Shown here in pieces: positions 24,841 to 36,564 of a DNA stretch of 64,000 bases. A program made the position numbers and the translations under genes. The stretch is from Torpedo marmorata (Eukaryota). The stretch's first letter is position 1, and the number at the start of each line of letters is the position of its first letter. The DNA is taken from NCBI GenBank assembly GCA_977017645.1, contig OZ360235.1:27404001-27468000 (forward strand), in the 5' to 3' direction. Below the pieces are notes generated by a model, which saw nothing but the letters and a program-made list of their open reading frames with translations, was not told the origin of the DNA and searched no databases.

Positions 24841-25261
24841 TTAAGGGTGTGTCATCCCCAAACACTTGGACAAAAGTTGTAAGCGGTACGTTTAGTTTTC
24901 TTTTCTTTTCCTTTTTCTTTCCCTTCTGTCTTGGTTTTATTCTTTTTGGGTGGGGAAGGAAGGGTCAAGGGGCATAATGTATTCTGTACTTGATATGTTT
25001 AAATTGATGTATATTTGTGATTGTTTATTAATGTTTTGTGAAAGTTTTTGAAAATGAGAAATAAAATATTTAACAAACATATATATATATCACATTTTCT
25101 GTTTTCTTTCTCTCTCTCTCTCTCTCTCTCTCCTCTCCCATCCCTGCAGTAAAACATGTTTGTTATCCAGCTTTTCCTTGTTTTAATGAAAGATTATTAA
25201 CCTGTAACATTAACTCTATTTCTCACTTCACAGATGCTGTCTGACCTGCTGAGTATTGCAT

Positions 25262-26262
25262 TAGAACATGAGAAATTAAATAGATGCAGAGTAAGCCATT
25301 CAGTACCTTGTGTGTGGGTCACTATTCAATGAGATAATTTCTGGTCTTTTACCTCAGCGCCACTTTCTATCATTAACCCCATATCCTTTGATTCACCTGA
25401 AGATCCATCTATCTTTGCCTTCAATATGCTCAGCAACTGATCTTCTTATAGTCCTCTTAGGGAATGAATTCCTTCTCTGTCCTGAATGGCCAACCTTCTG
25501 TAACTCCTGGTTCTAAACACCGCTGCTATGGGAAAGATCATTCTTCATCCACTCTGTCAAGCTCTGTAAGAATTTTACATTCTTCAATGAGACCATGTGT
25601 CATACCATAAACCTTTTATTCCAGAATCTGATAAATTGTAATTATAATTATATCCTTCCTTAGATAGTGAGACCAGAACTATACACATTTCAGATTCAAT
25701 CTTCCCAAAGCTCTGTATAATTTGAGCAAGGTGTCTCCACTTATGTATTCAAATCCTCATGCAGTGAATGCTGACTTTTTTTTTGCCTTCCTAATTTCTT
25801 GCTGTACCTGCATGTCAATTTTCAGTGATTCATGTGCAAGGATACCCAGGTTGCTCTGAAGTCCAATATTTTTCAAACTCACTTTTCAAAAATGCTTCTT
25901 GTATACTACCACAGAGAATAACTTCACATTTTTCCACATTATATCTCATCTGCTGTGTCCTTGCTCAGTGCCTCTATTTCCCTGTTTGAAGCCTCTATAC
26001 ATCCTTCCCATAGACCACACTGTCACTCAATTCAGTATCCTCAGCAAATTGGTTATATTGTGCTTGATCACCAGCACCACATGCCATAGTCTCTAAAAAT
26101 TACTAATTTATTCCTACTCTCTGTTTTCTGCTCTTTACTCAGTCCTCAATCTGTGCCAGAATATTACATCAATACCATTAATTTAGTTCAATAATCTCTT
26201 GTGTGGCACCTTAATTGAGGCCTTCTTTGACCAAATACATCATACCAACTGGTTCCCTTTGA
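25262..26262 (-). mobile_element. Degenerate CR1 LINE
   Basis: tagaacatgagaaat tail and CR1-like phrases (gccttcctaatttcttgctgtacctgcatg, tcagcaaattg). Confidence 0.6.
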
Positions 26263-26268
26263 TCTGTT

Positions 26269-26839
26269 TTGGATGGATTTTGAGCTGCTGAACACGAAAA
26301 TCACCTTAACATTTTCTGATCACATACCGTTTTTTAGGTATAACCAACTTTTGTGATTTCCTGTCATATTTTAAGTCTACTTCAAGCATACAAAGCCATG
26401 AAGTGCAACATGTCATTGAAAATTAATTTTCTGCATTCGCACTTGGACTTCTACCCTGATGATCTTGGTGCAGTCAGTGACGAACATGGTGAAAGGTTTC
26501 ACCAGGACATTGCGACCATGGAAAATCGGTATCAGAACAAATGGAATCTGTCAATGCTGGCCGACTATTGTTGGACACTGACACGAGAGGCATCAGATGC
26601 TGAGTACAAATGAAAATCAGCGGCAAAACATTTTTATGTCAGTTGAACTAATGCAATGTGTCAGCATCATTATGCAATTATATATGCTAAATTCAATAAA
26701 AGTTAATTTAATGTTTCTCCAATTTCCTACGTGAAACAGCAAACCGGACATTATCTTTGTGTTCAGCTTGAAGTTGTCTATCATAATCCCCAATTTTTTT
26801 TCAGGAAGCAAAGTTTAAAAAAAAATTTGTTATCCAGTG
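26269..26839 (+). mobile_element. Chapaev3 (CMC superfamily) DNA transposon deletion derivative
   Basis: ORF 26353-26613 (CNMSLKINFLHSHLDF..LGAVSDEHGERFHQDI..RYQ..W..MLADYCWTL) matches the Chapaev3 transposase C-terminus; right end gttatccagtg followed by TAA. Confidence 0.8.
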
Positions 26840-27499
26840 TAATTTGTCTACCATTGCAGCTGAGCTGACCGGCCATTAAATACTTAGTTTACCTCCTTTT
26901 AAACAATTGTATAGTGTTTGGTGACTTACAGTCATTTGCATTCTCTCCCTATAGCCAAAGGGATGGATAATGGTTGAAAAGAAATGGTCAGAGCCACTGT
27001 TATTTTATCTCTTGATTCTCTTAGTAGCCCTGGATACATTTCATGAGGATTTATGTACTTTCAAATGTGCTAAATCCAGTATTATTTTCCCTGTCCCTGT
27101 TTATGTCACCAAATGATTAACATTTCTCCTCAAACAGAATGTTTGCTTCATTTTTTTCTGTCTTGATGAGGCAGACATACAATATTCATTAAAAGCAAAT
27201 CTCATGAATTTACTTGCAGGTTATACTTTTGATATCTAATTCATCCTACTCTTTCAAGAGTTATCTTTTTTTAAATCTATCTGAAAAGGAGCAAGCATCA
27301 GATCTTGATAACTGCCATCAACTTGCAACTCTAGTTGTATCTAAAAAGGCATGTCTTTATGGGAAAACTATTTATGCTTTATATTAGACCAAAAAGACAT
27401 AACTTCAGCACAATTATGTGGTTATCAGAATTAATTATCATGGCTTTAAAGGGGCTGTGGGCCCATGAATACAAAATTTATAAGGGTAATGATTGCTTG

Positions 27500-28680
27500 G
27501 TTCTCAGCATAGGGAGGACAACTGCAGTGGTGTCACACAAAGGTAGGGGTTGGGACATGTGCATTACTTGTCTTGATATATGAATAAATTGGATGGATGC
27601 ACAGGGCAAATTTGAAAGTTTACAGTTGATATAAATTTTGAAAATGTGGTAATCATCAAAGACAGTTGTAACAAACTCCAAGTGTGCTGATCAACTTTAA
27701 TAGGAACTTGATAAATGATGTTAGGCAAATGCTAAGTGGTTATTTTTGTTTGTATTATGGAATGGAATTATGAACCAAATCATATGATTTTAAATTAATT
27801 AAGAACAGAGAGACTTGGAAGTGAACATACACACAGTGTTGAAGGTGGCAGAATCAGTTCATAAAGTTCTTTAAAATCCATGAAATTTTTGGCTTTATAA
27901 CTGGAAGTACAGAGTACAAAAGCAAGAAAGTTATGTTTAGTGTTTATAGAGTAGTAGTTAATTCACATATGATATATTGTGGCAGTTCAGTTACTACAAT
28001 TTAGGAAGAGAACAAGATCAAATAATAGGTGCAGATGACTTTTCAGAGAACGTTTTCAGAAATAAACATCATGAAATAGAGACTGGCAAAATCGATAGTT
28101 ATATCCCATTGAACAATGGGTTCAGAAAAAGTTGATAGAAATGTAAAAAAATCATAAAGCATTTTGTCAGAATAAATAAGTAGAAGCTGTTTCATTGCAG
28201 AAATGTTGGTAACCAGCGAGCCTAGATTTAATGCAGTGGTTACATTGAGAGGAAAGGGAATTGTTAATATTTTTAATATATTTTCTCAGAAGATGGAAGA
28301 CTCAATTAAATTTCCAGAAATGAAACACATAAGATCCCCAGGGGGCATGGCAGGTAGATGTCAAGCTCTTCCTACTAGTGGGAGAAACCAAACTAGAAGA
28401 CACAATCCTAAAATTAAGAGGTGGCCATTTGACACTGAGGTATATTAGAACTTTTCATAAAGGTTGGTTTTTAAAGAGGAAGTAGATACAACTTTGAAAG
28501 TTCAGGGAATTGAGGGTTCTGGCGAACTGGCACAAAAGGGGAGAGGAGGCCAGGAATGCAATTTTGTGCAATATTGCCTATTCTGTACTATTACATGACA
28601 ATAAAGGAAATCTTGATTATATTGAATGGAGGAGCAGATTTAGGGGCTGTTGGCCTACTCCTGCTCCTATGTTCTGATAT
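27500..28680 (+). mobile_element. Highly degenerate CR1 LINE remnants
   Basis: Scattered CR1-like phrases (agagtacaaaagcaagaaagttatg; attgaatggaggagcag..ggcctactcctgctcctatgttct). Confidence 0.5.
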
Positions 28681-29657
28681 AAACAGGACTTTGACCTGGT
28701 CCAGAGCAAAGGGGACTAAAACATCTTGGTGGATAGTGTCAAGCTGTCTTGCCTCACACTCATTGATGGCATCAAAACTAAATTACAAAAGTATTTCTCA
28801 CTCCTAATATCAAATGCACCTCAATCTTAATTGTTTAGCATTTGGAGATCCTTCCCTTTTTCTGGTTTTTGATGCTGGTGGATGCTTTTGCCCATGCCCA
28901 AATCTATGCTTCTCGATGATTATGATTCAAGCTAAGAGTGGGGCAGACAATCCCTAATGAAATCCTAACAGTCAGCAATTGGAATTACAGCACCTATAGC
29001 GCAAATGGAGTCTGGAATAATTATTGATAGAGAAATGTCACCCAGCTGTGGAAAAGCTGTACAATTTAACACAAGCTGCAGGAACATTGCTGAGTAATAA
29101 CATGGATGAATGATTCATGCTAAGTTTTAAACTAGAAATTTATGAGTATGGATATAATATGAATAACAGATGACACATTCTAAAATAATGTAATACCATC
29201 AATTGTCTTGGGCTAATTCTCTTCAGGGGCATCCGTCAGCTGAGATGCCCATTCCCTTCTGGGTTTACCTTCCCGCTTTGGCTTCCTCAAGCCACGAATG
29301 CATAGGAATTGCTGAGCGACTAGCGGCTGTTGACATCGAACGGAAATGTAGTGAACTAAGATCCAGTAAGCGAAGAAAACACAGGCTGCTTCCTGCAGGA
29401 GTGAATGCGATATTTTTGCAACTAAAATCTTGAATATTTGAATATATGCAAATATATTAAATTAACCATGTCAGACTCTTGTCCGGTTAGCTTCGGAACG
29501 CTATACTGGGGCCTTGAGAAGACTTTTCCAGATCTTGTCTGTTGGAGCGCAGTTTCCATTGAACTTACATTTGGAAGGCTGTGTAATTCTGTACTACGCG
29601 TGACATAACTTTAACAAATACGGTGCCCAAATATTTTGAAAACATCAAATGAAAGAC

Positions 29658-29663
29658 TTTATT
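29658..29663 (-). terminator. Candidate MYF6 polyadenylation signal AATAAA
   Basis: tttatt on the plus strand, about 320 nt after the stop codon, downstream of an AU-rich UTR. Confidence 0.55.
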
Positions 29664-29981
29664 CCGATTTTACAATACACATAGCTTAAAACAAACATCT
29701 TATAAAATTATGAAACGTCAAGCAGATTTTTTTTTACAAACATATTTACAAGGTAGTATGTTATTCAAACCGTTGCTTTAGAATTAGTCTTGGTCGAATA
29801 AATCGTTTTTGGCCTTTTCCTTCTACTAACGGGAATGATTGTTGTGCTAAAGATCGACATAATCGAACGATATTACAGTAATTTGTTCTGGTACAACACA
29901 GCAAAGCGTTATCGGGCAAGCAAGTACAACAGGGCAAACCATTGCTATATAAGTCTAATTCGAACTGAATATTTGTAATAA

Positions 29982-30097
29982 TTACTTAGCAGCTGAGTCT
30001 TGGTTATACAGTGCAGTCGATTCGTCCGTAGAAATACTGTCTACTATTGAGGTCAGGTAACGAAGACTGCTGGTTCCTGATGATTCCAAGTTAATTC
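29982..30097 (-). CDS. MYF6: Myogenic factor 6 (MRF4), exon 3
   Basis: Acceptor ttttaatcag, phase 1. Encodes GINLESSGTSSLRYLTSIVDSISTDESTALYNQDSAAK*. Confidence 0.95.
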
Positions 30098-30467
30098 CTG
30101 ATTAAAAGAAAACAATGATCACGGAAGAAATCAGTGCTGGTTGTCAGAATATACGTTTTTCTTACCTCGGGCCCCTCCCAATACTAAGGGCTTCTCCCTT
30201 ATGTAAAATTGCCGAACTCTGGCAAACCGAACCGCCTGGAGGACTCAAACTTTGACTGCGGCTCATAATTGAATATATATTTTTCTCAACAACTTGATTC
30301 ATTTTTTCCTCAACATTTCATGGTAAACGATATTTAAAATGCGTTAATTATTGGCATTGCGCTTCCTGGTAAATATTCTAGCAGGTATCAATAATCAGCC
30401 ACTGGAACCCATTACAATGTAATTTCTACAGACGATTTACTTGGCGACTGATGAGAAGGGCATTTAC

Positions 30468-30564
30468 CTTCTTTGTGGAGTTTCGTTGGGGTGTTGGAAT
30501 GATCAGACAAGTTATCCCAACCAGAAGGACAGGTGTTTGTTCCCCAGCGATCCGCAGTTCCTAC
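30468..30564 (-). CDS. MYF6: Myogenic factor 6 (MRF4), exon 2 (97 bp)
   Basis: Acceptor cactcatag and donor gtaaa. Encodes VGTADRWGTNTCPSGWDNLSDHSNTPTKLHKE (TC..W..SDHS pattern of MRF4 exon 2); phases fit. Confidence 0.92.
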
Positions 30565-30641
30565 CTATGAGTGAAAGGCGAAGACATTAGACGCCCTCAA
30601 CTATCTGATGTGTCAGAATGCGACCGGCTCTGTCCGCTTAC

Positions 30642-31166
30642 CATTGAGTGGGAGCCGTTGCAAGGGTTGATCGACTCCACGTTCTCCTGCAGCTTCTCTT
30701 GCCGGTCAAGGCTTTGCAACAGATCTTGGAGTTTCTCGATGTAGTGAATGGCACTGCGGAGAATCTCCACTTTGGGGAGCCTCTGGTTAGGGTTTGGCAC
30801 CGTCCTGCGCTTTAACGCCTCGAAAGCCTCGTTGATTTTCTTGAGCCTCCTCCTCTCTCTGAGAGTCGCCGCCTTCCTTCTGTCGGTCGTGGCCGATTTC
30901 CTCTTGCACGCTTTACACGCCCAGATCAGGCACTGTCCGGGGCAGTGGGACTTCAGGCCGGGCGGCGCGTATACGTGCTCCTCGCCGCCGCTGTCACAAC
31001 TGGGGTCGGGTTGACCAGCGTCTCCGATAGGAGACAAACCGTCCTCGCTTCCCGGGTAGAGAGGAGACACGGCGGTCCCATCCAAGTGTGTAAAAACCAG
31101 ACTTTCACCAACCAGATATCGCTGATCGTGACAGTAAAAGGGATTAGTTTCAAACATCTCCATCAT
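30642..31166 (-). CDS. MYF6: Myogenic factor 6 (MRF4), exon 1 (bHLH)
   Basis: [100 protein letters not shown], then donor gtaag; 525 bp. Confidence 0.97.
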
Positions 31167-31243
31167 TATCGATCCTGCGCGTTTATGGATATATTTTTGT
31201 GCGAAAGACAGAGAGGGGATCAAAAGCTGATCAAGGGGTTGGA

Positions 31244-31314
31244 TGGCATTTAAACAGTTGGATGACAAGTTCCTTTGCTATATATACATACATACATATA
31301 TATAGAAGCAGGTG
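31244..31314 (-). promoter_or_regulatory. MYF6 proximal promoter: E-boxes flanking TATA/MEF2-like elements
   Basis: E-boxes CAGTTG (31255-31260) and CAGGTG (31309-31314); CTATATATA (31278-31286) and TATATATAG (31297-31305); TAAATGCCATC on the minus strand, as I recall from the rodent MRF4 promoter. Confidence 0.65.
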
Positions 31315-32779
31315 TAATTCTATCCAACTATTAGCTGTCGCAGTGCATCAAACTCCCAAGACCTGTCTTGCCGAGCTATCTGAGTACTGTCATTATTACG
31401 GCAATTCTATTTTAGAAGCCCAATGTGTTCAGGGCTGGAGAACCTCGCTAAGTTTCTTCTGTGATAACCTATGATCTCAATACTCCGTCCGGAGAGCGAG
31501 CCTGAATGCTCCGTTGACTCAGTTCTAAATAAAAGTGGGTTATGCAGTGTTCTTTCTTACTCGGTTGTTGGTCTTTGAGGGGGGGGAAAAGCCTAGCTTA
31601 AAATTGTTATCCTTGCTCATGTTTAGTTTTATTATCTGGAGATATCCAATTTACCAATGCTTAAAGAGTTAACGTTAAACATGTGCTAACATTGAGCGAC
31701 TTCCCATCTGCTGAACGACCCCAAGGCCCAGCCAGAACCAGGTACTCAAGTCATAACTTATTGAAATCACACACAACAAGCAAGCAGTTGAATCGCATCT
31801 CCGGTAAACAATAATCTGATTCTTATCCTAAATCTATTTGACGGCGCGTATTTCAACAACAAACTATTTATTTCTTAACTATTAAAAGTAAATTGTTTAA
31901 AAGTTTGTTTGTGATTTTAAAAACTATCCTAAATGACACATCTCTTCTCTAGTTTGTTATATTCCAACTTTCTTTTTCACAAATTTGGCTTTGTATCCAT
32001 CCTGTTCGTTTGAATAGTATATCATGGTGAATGAATCGCACTAATTTACACTTTACAAATCGATGTGTCCCAGGGCACAAGCAGTTTATTGGCCAGACAT
32101 TACAAAGAAAATACAAATTGTTTGTTGAGGTAAAAAAATAAGTAAATTTGGTTGAGCTCCAAAATTTAGGGTGTTTTAGGGGTATACTTCTGACTGGCAG
32201 GTGCTCCAAACCTACTGTCAAGTTTTCACTGAGGAACAGTCACGTCTTAAAAAAAACCCAATGGTTCCTGTGAGATTTCGTTGGTCATCACTGGGGGACG
32301 CTCATCCCTGATTGGGCAGTGAACACCCTGTTGCTGAGTGCTAAGTGTTCTGTCCTAACATTCCACTGGGTAACAACCGGTCATAAAATTGTATATATAT
32401 AAACCTGGTGTCCTCTGCTAATGCTCTTTCCATCTCCTTTAAATGAATCAAATTGGAATTGTACAATTAAAAAAAGATCAGTCAAAATAAAATCCTGCAT
32501 GTGTAGTAATTCTGAAATTTAAAAATATTAATTGTTACAAGATTGGATTCATTTTTGGATTGGTCATTTATTTGGGATGTAAGTAATATCCAGTTTCAAT
32601 GCTCAGTTTTTTTTACTGCAATATAGTTGCAGAAGAAAGATACAACTGTAAATAACTAACCTTGGTATGGATATACTTACAATATGAAATTTATGGAAAT
32701 GTAAAACGCCAGTATAATCAAAAGTGAATGAAATAGTTACAGGTTTCGGGAGGGCATAGACAGGAGGACAGACCGAGGA

Positions 32780-34760
32780 GGATATTTTGTCCAATTTTAA
32801 CACCATTCAAGGTGTAAAACTTACATCTCATGTCCCCTCTAAAATTTCCCCCAACACTTTAAATCTATGCTCTCTACAGTCTCAGAGTCACATGTGAGCC
32901 TTCTACTCTATGCCCTGTCCGATGAAGACAAGTGTACCAAATTCCTTCTTCACCACCCTGCCTGCACTTTGAGAGAACTATGTACTTGTATTCCTAGGTC
33001 TCCCTATTCTACACCATACCCAAGGGCCCTGCCATTTATGTTTATGTTCTGCCCTGGTTTATCTTCCCCAAATATACCACTTTGCACTTGGCTGAATAAA
33101 ATTCAATATGCCATTCCTTTTCCCACTGACCCAGTTGATGCAAATGTAGTTGTAACCTTAAACAACCTTTTTTCACTGTCCACTCTACCACCAATTTTTA
33201 TGTCATCTGTAAATTTACTAATCACGCCACCCACATGCTCATCCAAATCGTTGATATGTACCACAAACAATAGGGGTCCTAGCACAGATACCTGCAAAAC
33301 ACCACTGATCCAAAATAACTTTCCACTAATATCCTCTTACTCCTATTACCAAGTAAATTTTGAAAGCAGTAAAAACACAAAATTGCTGGAGGAACTCAGG
33401 AGGTCTCGCAGCATCCATAGGAGGAGTACAGATATATAACCAACGTTTGGGCCTGAGCCCTTCTTCAAGGTATGAGCAAAAAAGCAAGCAGGCACCTGAA
33501 TAAAAAAAAGGCTTTGGGAGAAGGGAAGATAGGGCAGTGGGAGGAGCACATGCAAAAGGCTATAACTGCACATGGATGGGAGGAAAGGAGAGGAAAGGTG
33601 AGAATTGATTGGGGGAGGGGATGGCTATGTGAATGCAGAGCTGCAAGAAATGAGACAAAGGGAAAGAGAGAGAGACAGTGCTAGAGGAAAGGAGACATAG
33701 GGATAGGGGAAGGGGGGGGGGGCTAATGGAAACCAGAGGTCAATGTTAATGCCATCTGGTTGGAGGGTGCCCAGATGGAATATGAGGTGTTGTTTCTCCA
33801 ATTTGCAGGTGGTCTCAGTCTGTCTGTGTATGATACCATGTCAAAGGAGAAGTTATTGAGGGTGAGGACAAGTCCTGCCAGATGGAGGAGGGTGGTTATG
33901 GAGGGAGGCCGGTTGGGTCTGTTGTCAAGGAAGCAATGAAGGACTTTGAGGCCTTCAGTATGGGGGATGGAGTTGTATAGTGATTGGATGTCCATGGTGA
34001 GACTGGAGATCGCTTCATTGAGCACCTTCACTCTGTTCGCTGTAATAGCAGGAATCTCCCAGTGTCAACCTATTTTAATTCTCCACCCCATTCCCATGCT
34101 GACACGTCTGTCTATGGTCTCATGCACTACCAGGCTGAGTCCACCTGCAAATTGAAGGAACAACATATTCCATCTGGGCACCCTCCAACCAGATGGCATT
34201 AACATCGACTTATCCGGTGTCCGTTAGCCCACCCCCCCCTTCCCCATCCCCTATCCCTATATCTCCCTTTCTCTCTCTCTCTCTCTCTCTCTCTCCCGCT
34301 CTCTCTCTATTTCCCTTTTCCTTCTTTCTCCTTTCCTCCAGCTCTGCATTCACAAAGCCCCGCCCCCCCCCCCATCAATTCTCACCTGTCCTCCTATCCA
34401 TGTCCAATTATGGTCTTTTGCCTGTTGGCCCTTTCTTCTCTTCTCCCCCAGTCTTTATATTCAGGTGCCTGCCTGCTTTTGGCTTAAAAGTTGAAGAAGG
34501 GCTCAGGCCTGAAATGTTGGTTATATATCTTTACCTCCTATGGATGCTGCAAGACCTGCTGAGTTCCTCCAGCATTTTTGTGTTTTTACTGCAATCACAA
34601 CATCTGCAGAGCTTCGTGTTTCACCCCAAATTTTGTATGCAATTTGGCAGCACATCCTGGATCCCAAGGGACCTAACCTTTTGGACTAGTTTCCCTGCGG
34701 GACCTTGTCAAAGGCCTTGCTAAAATTCATTTAGACAACGTCTACCACCCTGCCCTCACT
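32780..34760 (-). mobile_element. Degenerate CR1 LINE interrupted by a Penelope-like element
   Basis: ORF 33103-33297 (SVLGPLLFVVHINDLDE..ISKFTDDIKIGG); the element continues at 34636-34760. Confidence 0.8.
33363..34627. mobile_element. Penelope-like element with inverted terminal repeats and an internal RT fragment
   Basis: Left arm (minus, 33363-33835) and right arm (plus, 33990-34627) are inverted copies; the middle encodes TMDIQSLYNSIPHTEGL..LVLTLNNFSF (PLE RT); aaattttg at 33355-33362 and 34628-34635. Confidence 0.88.
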
Positions 34761-36096
34761 GAGCACCTGGAATGAAACAGAAACAGGAAGGAACAGTTTG
34801 GAAGAAGCCCTGGTCATAAAACAAGCATTTGAATTCGCATTTAACAATATGAACATGATGCAACAAAATCATATGTAAAAGAAAAGATTTATTGACCAAC
34901 AATCCAAAAGCAAAATGATGCTGATGAAGGAAATCTGAAATAATGCAAGATAATAATGCAAATATTCAGCAAATCAAGTCGCATTTGTGAAAAACAGAGT
35001 TATCACTTTGAGCCAGTGAACTTGTAGGGCTTTAATGTAACTATTAACCAAATTTGATGAAAGGTCACCAAGCTGAATGATTAGCTGATTCTATCTCCAC
35101 ATTTGCTTTCTGGCCCAACTCATATTTCCAGCATTTTCCATTGATGATCAATTGACTTCTTTTGCTCATACAATTACATACATGTGGCTGGAAGATAGTT
35201 CTGCTCCCGAAGCAGTCTGTTGAATTTGATCTGGGTGAATTCCCAGGCCATGGGGGCTTGTTCAATTAGTAATATCAAACATACTGTATGGAGGTGATAG
35301 ATTTCTCTTGCCCCAGGTGCTCAGATATGCTGATTCTATAACATTCTGTATTTTCTCTCCTTCTAGGATAATATTAAAGCTGAAACATGGAGTGGTTTGG
35401 AATTATTGCTGCAAGCTGTATGGCCTGGCATGCTTTTGTGATGATGTTGACTTTGACCTTTCACATGGAGAAATTCATCCGCTTGAGAGTGCTTTCTAAT
35501 GTTGGGAATGGCTAGATTTGTCCTTTTGCTGAATTTAGTTCACAATTCACACTTTTAACATTACTTGCCTTTGGAAATGATCACACTTGTCTAGTCACTG
35601 AGGAAGATCCACAAGAGTTAACACAATATTAACACCTGAAAGCTGAAATCAACTATAGTTGAGCAGAGTTTAGCAGATTGGATGAGAAGCCATTACAAGG
35701 ATATATTTTGAGTTATACATCTGGTCATGTTAGACTTACTGTTAGCTCCTGTTTATTGCTTGCATTTAAATTGCTATTTATAGCCTTAGTTTCCTCACTG
35801 GTATAAAAACACAATCAGATACATTTCACCACTTCTGTGACAGGATATGTGCAAAGGACAGGGCACTTAAGTTTCAAGTCATTGAAAATTTAGAAAATAA
35901 AACACTTCCTGCATGGAGAAAGGATGTTGGTGTGTATTCTTCAAATACATACAGTAAATAGGATTAAAAATATGTGGAGTTATTCTACACAATGTGCCGA
36001 AGGAAAAGACAAATCAAACACATAATTGGGATGGTATCATTTGCAGGACAAATAGATTAATTGGGCAAGCTACTTTATCTTCTGTTTTAAGGCTCA

Positions 36097-36211
36097 CAAT
36101 TGTACTGTAGTAAAAACACAGAAATACTGGAGGAAATCAGCAGGTCTCGCAGCACCTATAGGAGGTAAAGATATATAACCGATGTTCGGGCCTGAGCCGT
36201 TCCTCAAGGTA
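36097..36211 (-). mobile_element. Penelope-like terminal fragment
   Basis: gtagtaaaaacacagaaatactggaggaaatcagcaggtctcgcagca..gggcctgagccgttcctcaaggta, same as 5160-5270. Confidence 0.8.
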
Positions 36212-36564
36212 TCAGATTAATTATTAAGACCATGTTTCTATTATCAAGTAATGTGGAATTTGTTTCCTTTTTCTGGTGATGCTGACAGTGCTACACTTTT
36301 TCATCATTGTTGTTTGCCCTTATTGAACCAGAAAGGTAGAATTCAGGCAGATGTAAGATTTAAAATAAGCTTGTCCACTTTAGAATTTGCACCATATGTG
36401 ATAGAAACACATTGGTCAACATTATTTTATTCTCTAGGATTTAATTTAACTATAATCTTATTCCAGGTGGAAAAGAAAACTCACACGCCTTTGAAAGGTC
36501 TCAACTGAATGTTGCTTTCTGGAAAGTCGCTTGGTTAAGTGTTACGCTGAGGAAGGAAGTAACT

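Noticed and set aside
30642-31166. Alternative identity as myogenin or MyoD
   Set aside because: GEEHVxAPPGL, [20 protein letters not shown], exon 2 SDHS and the position between PTPRQ and MYF5 all indicate MYF6.
31167-31268. 34-aa N-terminal extension of Myf6 in the ORF track
   Set aside because: Starts at a non-ATG codon and overlaps promoter/5' UTR; homology begins at MMEMFET (31166).
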